A stretch of DNA of 64,000 nucleotides from an uncultured Pseudomonadota bacterium (lineage in GTDB: Bacteria > Pseudomonadota > Alphaproteobacteria > RF32 > CAG-239): assembly GCA_902785935.1 (NCBI GenBank), contig CADAAN010000006.1, forward strand, positions 4,309-68,308. The letters run 5' to 3'. The notes under the pieces were generated by a model that was not told the origin of the DNA, made no database searches, and was given only the letters and a program-made list of their open reading frames with translations. The position numbers were made by a program, and so were the translations under genes. Of the stretch, positions 9,786 through 18,404 are shown one piece after another. The stretch's first letter is position 1, and every line of letters begins with the position of its first letter.

Positions 9786-9810
9786 AGGCCGCCTTTCAGG
9801 CGGTTTTTTT
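9786..9810 (+). terminator. Rho-independent terminator directly after the tRNA-like CCA end
   Basis: ggccgcc tttca ggcggtttttttg. Confidence 0.55.
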
Positions 9811-9930
9811 GATTCTGCCAAGCCAAAGGAGCGAAGCCCGAAAAGGGGTTTGACTACAAGCAAAATGCGAGCGTAAGCGCGCCGATCGGCCCCAGCCGAT
9901 GAGCGCAGTGAACATAGCGAAGCGAAGTAG

Positions 9931-9949
9931 CCCCCATGCGCGTACCAAT
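9931..9949 (+). repeat. att core direct repeat, copy 2 (cccccatgcgcgtaccaat)
   Basis: Second copy, about 150 bp from copy 1, at the end of a GC-rich 150-bp segment. Confidence 0.55.
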
Positions 9950-9957
9950 TCTAAAAA

Positions 9958-9994
9958 AGCAACCCGCCGGCATAGCCTGCGGGTTGTTTTTTTT
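9958..9994. terminator. Bidirectional intrinsic terminator (serves aas on the minus strand)
   Basis: caacccgc ... gcgggttg 8-bp stem flanked by A-run and T-run. Confidence 0.6.
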
Positions 9995-9997
9995 GAC

Positions 9998-12169
9998 TTA
10001 TGCAGCTTTGGAAAGCTCTGATAAAACATCCTTTTTCAAGGTGACGTTATCAACCTTTCCGGTTGCGGACATCGGGATTTTATCCCGATAAATTATCTGG
10101 CGCGGCAGATAAAGCTCAGGATAGCCGTTTTGCTTGATAAATTCACGCAACATTTCGGTATTAAGCGTTTTTTCGTTGGTTACAACAACAATTTGCTCAC
10201 CTTTCTGTTCATGCGGTACGGCTACGACACCACAGCAAAAATCATCTCTACCGGAAAAAGCGCTGTTAATCATATTTTCAACCGCTTTTAATGAAATCAT
10301 CTCACCGCCGACCTTGGCAAAACGTTTGATACGGTCTTTGATCGTGATAAATCCGATTTCATCAATCTCAACAACATCACCTGTGTGATACCAACCGTTG
10401 TGCGGCGGTACCAAAACCCCCGGATTGTCGGCAAAAATATAACCCTTCATCACATTCGGCCCCTTGACCACAAGCTCACCGCCGCGTTCAATACCGTCTA
10501 CTTTTTCAAGACGACATTCCATTCCCGGACAGAGTTTGCCGATGGTGCCGAATTTATTAAATACCATGTTGTTGCCTGCAACAGCCGGAGAACATTCCGT
10601 CGTGCCATAGGCTTCCATCAGACGTGTGCCCAATCGCTCATTTAATAAATTGCGTGTATCAAGCTTGACGCCTTCTGCTCCCGCATAAACAAGCCTTAAT
10701 GACCCGAAATCAAGCGGATGCGAAATTTTGGCATAGCTTCTGAAGAATGTATCCGTACCAATCATCACTGTTGCACTTAATTCATAAAGCAAATCCGAAA
10801 TGACGCGAAAATGGAGCGGAGAGGGGTACAAAAAGACTTTTGCACCTTGATAAAGAGCATAAAGTGTGCCTAATACAAGCCCGAAACTGTGGAAAATCGG
10901 CATTGAATTTAAGACAATATCACGCTTGTTTAAGGTTTCAAAAGTCGCAATTTGCCATACGTTTGAAATCACGTTTTGATTTGACAATACAACGGCTTTC
11001 GGTGCACCTTCCGAGCCTGAGGTAAACAAAATAACGGCTGCATCGTCAGGGGTTGCTTTATATGGCACATATTTGACTTTGTATTGCAATAAGGCCAAAA
11101 TTTTTGCAAAAATCGAAACAGACCGTCCGACTTCTTCTAAAAAAATCACCTCAAATCCGGCATTTGTAATCGCTTCAGCCAGCGGTTCTAATCCCGCTTT
11201 TTTGATAAACATTTTTGATGTAATCACTTTTTTTGCCTGAACGGTTTTAAGCCCGCTTATTACATTCTGTGCACCGGCAGAAAAGTTAATCATGACAGGC
11301 ACTTGTCCATAGGCATTTAAGCCGAAAAATGTGCATATAGCCGCAACGGAATTCGGAAGCATCACGGCAACCGGCTCTTTCTTGTCCGAAATGAGAGAAA
11401 AATGACGCCCCAAAACATACGATGCAAGCATAATATCCTTAAAAGTTTTGGGTTTGCGCGTAATATCTTCCAAAACGTATGGACGACGCAGGCCAAAGCA
11501 TCTCTTTGCATGAATTTTTGAGGCTTTAATCAATTGTGTAAAGACCGTCATTTTTTTATCATAAATCGATTCAAACATTTGCTCACGCATAATCATGTAA
11601 ATTTCATTTGAAATGTGATTACGTTGATGCCTGAGCTCTGCCTTAAGCTTTAAGGGACGGGGTGCGTCAACAACAATTTTGACATGCGGAAAATAACGAT
11701 GCGGTAATTTTCCGCCTGTTTTTGAAAAATGGCAATACTGCAAGCCGTTAATCCAAATCGGTATGACGGGCGAATCCGTTTTATCGGCAAGAAGCCCCGC
11801 TGATTCATAAATCTTCATAATATTACCGTTGGTTGTCATACGTCCTTCCGGAAAAATGACGCAAAGGCGGCCGGAATTAACCGTTGAAATCAAATGCTTT
11901 AAGTCCGGTACGTCAATATTGTCATGTTTGACAACATCAGCCGTTTTTAAAAACAAACGTACCCAATAGTTGCGATAGAGTTGCCCGTGCAATGCAAAAA
12001 CCGGATTGCCGGGTAAAAACGCAAAAAGCACAATCGGATCAACCCATGATACGTGGTTTGAAATATATACGCCCTTTTTGGGAAGTTTATCAACGTCAAA
12101 ACGCATTTCAAAACGAACCTTAAAGGTCTTAAAAAAACATCTTAAAAGAAAGCGAACAATATCGCGCAT
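9998..12169 (-). CDS. aas: Bifunctional 2-acylglycerophosphoethanolamine acyltransferase / acyl-ACP synthetase
   Basis: N-terminal PlsC-type acyltransferase HxxxxD motif (NHVSWVDP); C-terminal AMP-binding motifs FTSGSEGAPKAVVLS and YGTTE; 723 aa. Confidence 0.85.
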   Translation of the reverse strand: MRDIVRFLLRCFFKTFKVRFEMRFDVDKLPKKGVYISNHVSWVDPIVLFAFLPGNPVFALHGQLYRNYWVRLFLKTADVVKHDNIDVPDLKHLISTVNSGRLCVIFPEGRMTTNGNIMKIYESAGLLADKTDSPVIPIWINGLQYCHFSKTGGKLPHRYFPHVKIVVDAPRPLKLKAELRHQRNHISNEIYMIMREQMFESIYDKKMTVFTQLIKASKIHAKRCFGLRRPYVLEDITRKPKTFKDIMLASYVLGRHFSLISDKKEPVAVMLPNSVAAICTFFGLNAYGQVPVMINFSAGAQNVISGLKTVQAKKVITSKMFIKKAGLEPLAEAITNAGFEVIFLEEVGRSVSIFAKILALLQYKVKYVPYKATPDDAAVILFTSGSEGAPKAVVLSNQNVISNVWQIATFETLNKRDIVLNSMPIFHSFGLVLGTLYALYQGAKVFLYPSPLHFRVISDLLYELSATVMIGTDTFFRSYAKISHPLDFGSLRLVYAGAEGVKLDTRNLLNERLGTRLMEAYGTTECSPAVAGNNMVFNKFGTIGKLCPGMECRLEKVDGIERGGELVVKGPNVMKGYIFADNPGVLVPPHNGWYHTGDVVEIDEIGFITIKDRIKRFAKVGGEMISLKAVENMINSAFSGRDDFCCGVVAVPHEQKGEQIVVVTNEKTLNTEMLREFIKQNGYPELYLPRQIIYRDKIPMSATGKVDNVTLKKDVLSELSKAA

Positions 12170-12352
12170 TTTATTTGTCCTTATCTGTTTTATATTTTAT
12201 GATGTTAAAATACATATGATAGTGCAAAATGTAAAGTAGGCACTTTGGGGAAACTATTGAAAATCTGTGCATAAATTTATCATTTCGGTAAATTTGGCTT
12301 GAGCTTGATTTATGCATAAAATTATGCTATATTTAAGTAAAGGAGAAGAGTT

Positions 12353-12736
12353 TTGAAAAAAAAATTTTTGTTACTTGCAACCATATTGTTGCTTTTTGCC
12401 TGCAAACCCGATGTTTTAAGCCTCAATGATGACGGCAAAACGTTTCGTACCAATGTGGGAAAAAGCTTTCAGCTTTCACTGCCCGAAAATACTACAACCG
12501 GATATCGTTGGCATTTTAAAACAGAACCTGAAAGCCAAATGGTTATCACCTTTGTTTCAGACGAAACCGTAAGACCTCAGACAAAACGCTTGGGCGCCGG
12601 TTCTAACAGAATTTTTACCTATCAGGCAACAAACAGCGGTGTCGTCAAGCTTAAAGGTTTTCATTCCCGCCCGTGGGAAAGCAGCGAAAATCAACAAATT
12701 CCCGCTGTCGAATATACAATTATCGTCAGACCGTAA
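12353..12736 (+). CDS. Chagasin-family (MEROPS I42) cysteine-peptidase inhibitor lipoprotein
   Basis: Signal peptide with LFAC lipobox; the three chagasin loop motifs NTTTGYRW (NPTTG-like), RLGAGSNR (GxGG-like) and SRPWE (RPW). Confidence 0.7.
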   Translation: MKKKFLLLATILLLFACKPDVLSLNDDGKTFRTNVGKSFQLSLPENTTTGYRWHFKTEPESQMVITFVSDETVRPQTKRLGAGSNRIFTYQATNSGVVKLKGFHSRPWESSENQQIPAVEYTIIVRP

Positions 12737-12742
12737 CAGTTA

Positions 12743-13306
12743 TCAGATTGCTTTTGATATCATTAAGGCTAAATCTGCCAAAAGACGGCTTTGTGCCTTG
12801 GCATAATCGGCATATTTGCGGCCGGCCGGTGTCTTGAATTCAAAATCAGATTGCTTTATCACTTTGTTTGACGGTGTCAAAATTTGATAAACGCCTCTCA
12901 AAACAGCGTCTTGTCCGAAATATCCGCTCATTTTTTCGATGTTGACTTTGATGATGTACTGTGCATTCGAGCCGTATAAAAGCGGCTTGATGGTTGACTG
13001 AGGCATAATAGTTTGCAAATCTTCAATCAATGTATTTTGAATCATAGCCTCTAAATCAGAAGCCCAACGATTAAACTCTGAAACCTTAAGCTCGGGCGAA
13101 TCGCTTTTTTGCAAGACAATCTGCGGCTTTTGCAAATAATCGGGCAGAGTGATGTCATAAACCGCAATGTTTATTTTTTTCTTTGAAATGCTGCTTGCGG
13201 TATTCGTGCTTTCAAGCAGATAAAATGTGCTGTTCGGAGTTGCAAAAAAACAACCTTCAAGCATTAAAATCATCAAAAAAAGTACAATTTTTTTCATGTT
13301 ATTCAC
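12743..13306 (-). CDS. ABC-transport auxiliary lipoprotein (PqiC/YmbA, DUF330-like), last gene of the Mla-type operon
   Basis: Lipobox LEGC; DUF330-like size and RWASDL motif; translationally coupled to the MCE gene. Confidence 0.55.
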   Translation of the reverse strand: MNNMKKIVLFLMILMLEGCFFATPNSTFYLLESTNTASSISKKKINIAVYDITLPDYLQKPQIVLQKSDSPELKVSEFNRWASDLEAMIQNTLIEDLQTIMPQSTIKPLLYGSNAQYIIKVNIEKMSGYFGQDAVLRGVYQILTPSNKVIKQSDFEFKTPAGRKYADYAKAQSRLLADLALMISKAI

Positions 13307-14105
13307 CTTTTTTACCTTTAATGACAGAATCCGGATGACGTTCTAAATAATCCGCCAAATTTTTAATAGATTTAGATGCATTTGACACATCTTTCAAGGT
13401 TTGATTGAGCTGATTTAAGCTTTGGTTTGTTTGCGGTATGGACTTGTCAAGATATGACCCGAGCTTTGTCCCTGTCGTTTCATACGTTTTAATCAGGCCG
13501 GGCAAATCATTTTCAAGCTTTTCAAGCACATTATCAAAGCGCCTGATAATTTGCTTTAAGGGCAAATCCTGAATATCACGCGCAAAGTTGCCGAAGGCTG
13601 ACAATGTCGTCGGAATTTCAAGTATTTTATGACCATCGTCATCGGCATCATCTTCATTGACGTGATAAATGATTGGTGAAGTTTCATCCCAGAAAAGATC
13701 AATCATCAATTGACCCGTCAAAAAGTTTTGCGTATCAAGTCTTGCGCGCAAGCCTTTTTTAATCAAGAGCTCTAAAAACTCACGGCGCGTGACATGATTT
13801 GAAAAACTCATGTGGCTGAAATCGTTGTCTTGCGAAAAGCGAACATATACGGGAATTGAAAATTCAAGTGTTTTCGGGTCTGTTTTAATCTCTATTTTAA
13901 CAACCTTTCCGACCTGAACACCTTCATACACAACGTTTGAACCGATATTCAGTCCGGCAATCGATTCCGAAAAATACATCACAACAAGGTTGCGCTTGCT
14001 TGCCATGTAATTTTGCACAATGTTTTTGCCGATAAGAAAAATCAGCAAAACAAGTGATGCAAGCATAAAAAAGCCGATAAGTTTTTTGTTGGGTTCTTTT
14101 TTCAT
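13299..14105 (-). CDS. mlaD: MCE-domain substrate-binding protein (MlaD-like)
   Basis: N-terminal TM helix followed by an MCE domain (VYEGVQVGKVVKIEI...); operon context with the ATPase and permease. Confidence 0.75.
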   Translation of the reverse strand: MKKEPNKKLIGFFMLASLVLLIFLIGKNIVQNYMASKRNLVVMYFSESIAGLNIGSNVVYEGVQVGKVVKIEIKTDPKTLEFSIPVYVRFSQDNDFSHMSFSNHVTRREFLELLIKKGLRARLDTQNFLTGQLMIDLFWDETSPIIYHVNEDDADDDGHKILEIPTTLSAFGNFARDIQDLPLKQIIRRFDNVLEKLENDLPGLIKTYETTGTKLGSYLDKSIPQTNQSLNQLNQTLKDVSNASKSIKNLADYLERHPDSVIKGKKGE

Positions 14106-14857
14106 TAATCTTTTCCTCTCAATAAAAATTGTTTGACACGCTCATTCGGCGGATTTTTTAAGATATCATGCGGGTTGCCGGAGGCTGTGATGGTTTTTGT
14201 TGTTGCATCAAGATAAATTGAGTTGCTTGCAATGGCAAAAATTGATTGCAACTCGTGTGTGACAACAACAAGTGTTGTATTTAAGTTTTTGTTAATCTCA
14301 ATCATCAATTCATCAAGTCTTGCGGAACTGACAGGGTCAAGACCGGCGGAAGGCTCATCAAAATACACAATTTCAGGATCAAGCGCCAAGGCTCTGGCAA
14401 GGCCTGCACGCTTTTTCATGCCGCCGCTGATTTCGGAGGGATAATAATCTTCATAACCCGAAAGCCCGACAAGTGCCAGCTTTAAGGCCACAAGTTCATC
14501 AATCGTTTTTTGATTATAATCACTGTATTGATTGAGCGGTAGGGCAATGTTCTCTTTTAATGTCATGGATGAAAATAAAGCACCGCTTTGATATAAAATG
14601 CCTGTTTTTTGACGCAATGCCTCTTTTTGAACAGCATTTGAAGTGTTAAAATCAAGCCCCAATAAGTCAAATGACCCGTTAAGCGGCGGCATCAATCCCG
14701 TTAAAACTTTCAATAAACTGCTTTTGCCGCAACCAGATCCGCCCATAATGATAAAAATATCGCCTTTTTTAACCTCAAAATCAGCATTTTGAAGCAAAAC
14801 TTTTTTACCATAACCGATACTTAAATTTTTGGCTTTAATCACTGCGTTTGTCATATG
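14105..14857 (-). CDS. mlaF: ABC transporter ATP-binding protein (MlaF-like)
   Basis: Walker A GGSGCGKSS, signature LSGGMKKR, Walker B IVYFDE; start placed at MTNAV to avoid a long overlap with mlaE. Confidence 0.85.
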   Translation of the reverse strand, partial: HMTNAVIKAKNLSIGYGKKVLLQNADFEVKKGDIFIIMGGSGCGKSSLLKVLTGLMPPLNGSFDLLGLDFNTSNAVQKEALRQKTGILYQSGALFSSMTLKENIALPLNQYSDYNQKTIDELVALKLALVGLSGYEDYYPSEISGGMKKRAGLARALALDPEIVYFDEPSAGLDPVSSARLDELMIEINKNLNTTLVVVTHELQSIFAIASNSIYLDATTKTITASGNPHDILKNPPNERVKQFLLRGKD

Positions 14858-15957
14858 CCCATCCTTTGAAAACAAAAAGTGATTAAACCCGTTGCGATAA
14901 TCATCCAAACAATGCTGTACACCACGGCAGAAGTCGTTGATTTACCGACGCTGTCCGCATCTCTACCGCAATTGATACCGAAATAGCATCCTGACAATGC
15001 AATGATAAAACCGAACACAAACGCATGAAAAAGACCGACCAAAAAATGCTTCAAAAACCACGCGTTATAAGCATATTTGAAAAACTCACTGTAAGGAATG
15101 TTTAAGGCTAAAATACCGACGGCGGCACCACCTAAAATACCTGCAAAGTCAGCAAGCATTGTAAGTAGGGGCATTGTTACGACAAGTGCTTTGAGGCGCG
15201 GTAAAACCAAAAATTCAGATACGTTGATGCCCATCGTTTTTAAGGCATCAATTTCTTCATTGACCTGCATGGTACCGATTGTCGCGGCAAATGATGCACC
15301 CGTACGGCCGGCCATAATGATACCGACCATAATGGCACCCATGATGCGCGTCATACCGATTGTTACCAAACTTGCAACATAAACTTCGGCACCGAACATT
15401 TGCAACTGTACCGCACCGACAAAAGCCAAAATGAGCCCGACCATAAAGCTGATTAACAAAACAATCGGAAGCGCTTTCGGCCCGCAATCTTGCAAGGCAA
15501 ACAAAAAGTCAACATCGCGTGTGGTTGTCCTTCTCAAAAATGAGGAAAAAAATATCCTCAAATTATGCAAAGTAAATTTTGTTGTTTTACGAATCGTCTG
15601 ATAAACGCGAATGGTCAAATCACCCGCTTTTTCCAAAAAGCCGATGCGCGGGGCAGGGGCAAGTTCGGATGCTCTCGGTACGGAAAGCGCAAGCTTAATC
15701 AAAGCCTCAACGCCGTTCGGCAATTTTGATGCTTTGATAACAATATTTTTTTGACTTGCCTTTTGATACAGTTCATACAGCATCACTAAAAATGAGGAAT
15801 CCCATTTTTCAAGCAAAGAAGAATCAATTAAAATTTTGGTGATTTTTTGCGCGTTGATTTGTTCAAACAAAGCCTGCGGCAAATCTTGTTTTACAAAATC
15901 ACCGACAAGATAAATGTTGAGCGCATCGCCCTTTATGTCAAATTTCATCGTTTCCAT
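14851..15957 (-). CDS. mlaE: ABC transporter permease (MlaE-like) with an N-terminal STAS (MlaB-like) domain fusion
   Basis: C-terminal polytopic MlaE-like region; N-terminal roughly 100 aa with STAS/anti-sigma-antagonist-like pattern (KILIDSSLLEKWDSSFLVMLYEL). Confidence 0.75.
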   Translation of the reverse strand: METMKFDIKGDALNIYLVGDFVKQDLPQALFEQINAQKITKILIDSSLLEKWDSSFLVMLYELYQKASQKNIVIKASKLPNGVEALIKLALSVPRASELAPAPRIGFLEKAGDLTIRVYQTIRKTTKFTLHNLRIFFSSFLRRTTTRDVDFLFALQDCGPKALPIVLLISFMVGLILAFVGAVQLQMFGAEVYVASLVTIGMTRIMGAIMVGIIMAGRTGASFAATIGTMQVNEEIDALKTMGINVSEFLVLPRLKALVVTMPLLTMLADFAGILGGAAVGILALNIPYSEFFKYAYNAWFLKHFLVGLFHAFVFGFIIALSGCYFGINCGRDADSVGKSTTSAVVYSIVWMIIATGLITFCFQRMGI

Positions 15958-16038
15958 TTTCTTTTGATAAATAAACCCTCAAATTTTGAATGTCAAAGAA
16001 AAATCATCGTTTTTCAGATGTATTTTTAATTTTTTTGT

Positions 16039-16067
16039 TTGACTTTTATTTTAAAGTATGCCATAAT
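16039..16067 (+). promoter_or_regulatory. Sigma70-like promoter for leader A4 (TTGACT, 17-nt spacer, CATAAT)
   Basis: Consensus -35/-10 with 17-nt spacing immediately 5' of the conserved leader start gtaacc. Confidence 0.5.
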
Positions 16068-16074
16068 CAAAAGC

Positions 16075-16265
16075 GTAACCAAAATGGTTATGGTGTTTAG
16101 ATAACACATTCGAGTTAAGGCTCCTTTGAAAGAGGAGTTGTTGATATAAGGCAATTTTTGCTCGAATAAGACAAACTGTAACTCGACAGTTATCTAGCTC
16201 CTCCATTTTGAGATTTTTCAAGATGGATTTTTTTTTCGATGGTTTAAAAAATAAGGAGAAAAAAT
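16075..16265 (+). ncRNA. Conserved structured 5' leader, family A (copy A4), ending in an intrinsic terminator; candidate riboswitch/attenuator
   Basis: Shares with three other loci: the aacca-aaa-tggtt hairpin, a ctcct-loop-gaggag hairpin, gatataagg, cgaataag and agctcctcc motifs, then a terminator (ccattttga/tcaagatgg plus T9) before the ribosome binding site. Confidence 0.6.
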
Positions 16266-17324
16266 ATGAAGAAATATGTTTGGGTTTTTGGACTTATTTT
16301 AAGTTATAATGCACAAGCTTATGATTATAATGATTGTTTTGGTGCAAGCGGATGTCAGCCCTGTCCGAATAGTACGGACGGCAAATGTTTTTATGCTGTT
16401 GAAGGCAGCAAAATGACAATTTATGGCCCGACATCAACCGAACAAAATGCAGATGGCAGCTTAAAAGAAACAACATCGATTCCGCGTTATGCCTTTACCA
16501 ACAGCGATAATGCCAGCAATTTGCCGGAAAATATCACTTCTCTTGAAATAACAGGTAATATCACAACCGTTGAAGGTTATGCTTTTTGCTCTGCCCCTCT
16601 GACAAATGTACAATTTCCTGAGACACTTGAAACAATATCGGAATTGGCTTTTTGGAACAATAATTTATCACAAATCAATTTTCCTAATTCGCTTAAAAAT
16701 ATAGAAGAAGGTGCTTTTAATTGGAATCCATTTTCAGAAATTAATTTACCCGACGGATTAATGACGCTGGAGGGGTTAACAGGTGTTCCCCTGGGGCATG
16801 TTGTTATTCCGGATTCGATTGCAGAGGTTAAAGATGCGATTTTTTCTTCAAACTATCGTTTGCAATCATTGGTTGTCGGCGCAGACACAATGCTTGGCAA
16901 TATTTTTACCTACACAACAGGGGCTGTTAGTGTGCAATTTGATAAATTCAAGATGTTTTGCGCAGAAAATAACGGCTCATGCACAACAGCTTTGCAAAGT
17001 GCCGGTGCAACACAAGAACAAATTGCGCAAATACTGATAAGTTATACAAAAGATGACGCAACAGGCGTTTATCAAACAAGTGACGGAAAATATTATGCCG
17101 ATGTCAATTTGATGGCAAGACAAATGGCTTGCGAAAATAAGCAAAGCTGTGAAATTGCCAGTGCTGATATTCGGGCAGGTCGTCCTTTTGATATGAAAGG
17201 AAAATCTTACGCATCTGTCGATGATTTCATTCAAGGAAAATATATTCCAAAGCGTATCTATACCATCGATGAAGCCAATCATGTCGCGGGCAAGACAAAC
17301 ACTTTTACGATTCGGTATCGATAG
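16266..17324 (+). CDS. Secreted BspA-type leucine-rich-repeat protein, paralog 1, with the family-specific conserved C-terminal domain
   Basis: Signal peptide MKKYVWVFGLILSYNAQA; repeated LxxIxxxAFxxC/N units; C-terminus PKRIYTIDEANHVAGKTNTFTIRYR shared by 5 paralogs. Confidence 0.7.
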   Translation: MKKYVWVFGLILSYNAQAYDYNDCFGASGCQPCPNSTDGKCFYAVEGSKMTIYGPTSTEQNADGSLKETTSIPRYAFTNSDNASNLPENITSLEITGNITTVEGYAFCSAPLTNVQFPETLETISELAFWNNNLSQINFPNSLKNIEEGAFNWNPFSEINLPDGLMTLEGLTGVPLGHVVIPDSIAEVKDAIFSSNYRLQSLVVGADTMLGNIFTYTTGAVSVQFDKFKMFCAENNGSCTTALQSAGATQEQIAQILISYTKDDATGVYQTSDGKYYADVNLMARQMACENKQSCEIASADIRAGRPFDMKGKSYASVDDFIQGKYIPKRIYTIDEANHVAGKTNTFTIRYR

Positions 17325-17353
17325 AAAAAAATACATTATGAGCTTAAAACTTT

Positions 17354-17827
17354 TTAAAAAAACGGATTATAAGCCCATTGAAGCAGAGCTTGTCTTTGTT
17401 TTTTTCGGCAATCCAAGTCATACATCTGACAGTTCAAAAAAACTTGAGCTTTATGTCTTTTGAAAGCCTTCCAACGCTTGATTTGCAATTTATCAATTTC
17501 ATCAATACGGCGTCCCATATAATAGCGACAATACCACTGAAACCAACCGCGCGGATCAGGACCGATAATCCAACCGCGTTTTTGCCATTCTTGCAGGCTC
17601 ATACGTGATTTAACCCTAAAATAATTACACTCAACACACGGTTTTTCTTTGCTCAAAGGAGCATTTGTAAACCAATTTAAAGGAAATTCTTTGATGCAAT
17701 CATTTAAATAATGTCCCTCAAACACGCCGAGTTTAAGCATTTCATACGGAGTGAGCTCCGGGACAAAATCAGGTGCAAAGTCTTGTCCTTGCGGGGCGGC
17801 ATATGTATAGTGATAGCCTTTTTGCAT
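17354..17827 (-). CDS. Hypothetical cysteine/tryptophan-rich protein
   Basis: Conserved-looking GWFQWYCRYYMGRR segment; start set at MQKGYHY because the longer ORF runs into the gapR terminator. Confidence 0.35.
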   Translation of the reverse strand: MQKGYHYTYAAPQGQDFAPDFVPELTPYEMLKLGVFEGHYLNDCIKEFPLNWFTNAPLSKEKPCVECNYFRVKSRMSLQEWQKRGWIIGPDPRGWFQWYCRYYMGRRIDEIDKLQIKRWKAFKRHKAQVFLNCQMYDLDCRKKQRQALLQWAYNPFF

Positions 17828-17944
17828 TTTATCTGAAACAACAATCATCAAGCAAAGATAATGGCGCATATTCGTTTTTTCAATAAATGCGATATAAAAA
17901 AAAGCCCCGCAAAATGCGGAGCATATCAATTTTATCAAATCAAA

Positions 17945-18187
17945 TTACATATCAAGTGCTTTTCGATATGTATCAATCAAAAATTCCTGCTCATCGCGAG
18001 AGGCAGCGTCCATCTTGCGCAATTTTAAGATGGCGCGCATAATTTTGACATCAAATCCGGCACTTTTTGCCTCAGCAAAAACCTCACGGATATCTGTTGA
18101 GATTTCTTTTTTATCTTCTTCCAATTTTTCAATTCTTTCGATAAGCGAACGCAATCTGTCGCTTGCAATACCACCGACTTCGGCCAT
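17945..18187 (-). CDS. gapR: GapR-like nucleoid-associated protein (DUF2312)
   Basis: 80 aa with LRSLIERIEKLEEDKKEISTDIREVFAEAKSAGFDVKIMRAIL...YRKALDM, close to the alphaproteobacterial GapR pattern; terminator downstream. Confidence 0.7.
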   Translation of the reverse strand: MAEVGGIASDRLRSLIERIEKLEEDKKEISTDIREVFAEAKSAGFDVKIMRAILKLRKMDAASRDEQEFLIDTYRKALDM

Positions 18188-18404
18188 TTTTTTCCTCCGT
18201 ATAAAATATGGTTAAACTTTTTTTCTGAGCTATGAGATAACAAAAAAAACAAAGTTTGACAAGAGATATTTTTGAATTTTTTTTTGTTTGATTGAGCTTT
18301 GAAGCATTTAAAACCAAAAATTATACCCCGCCCGTCAAATTTTGCTTGACGGGTTGTTTCTTTTTTTATACAAACCGATATATAGATAACAACGGAGAAA
18401 TATT

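Noticed and set aside
9783-9960. Possible two-piece (permuted) tmRNA gene
   Set aside because: A tRNA-like 3' half and CCA are present, but I could not find the complementary 5' acceptor strand or a plausible tag reading frame (ANDN...AA) in either orientation; kept only as an att/tRNA-fragment observation.
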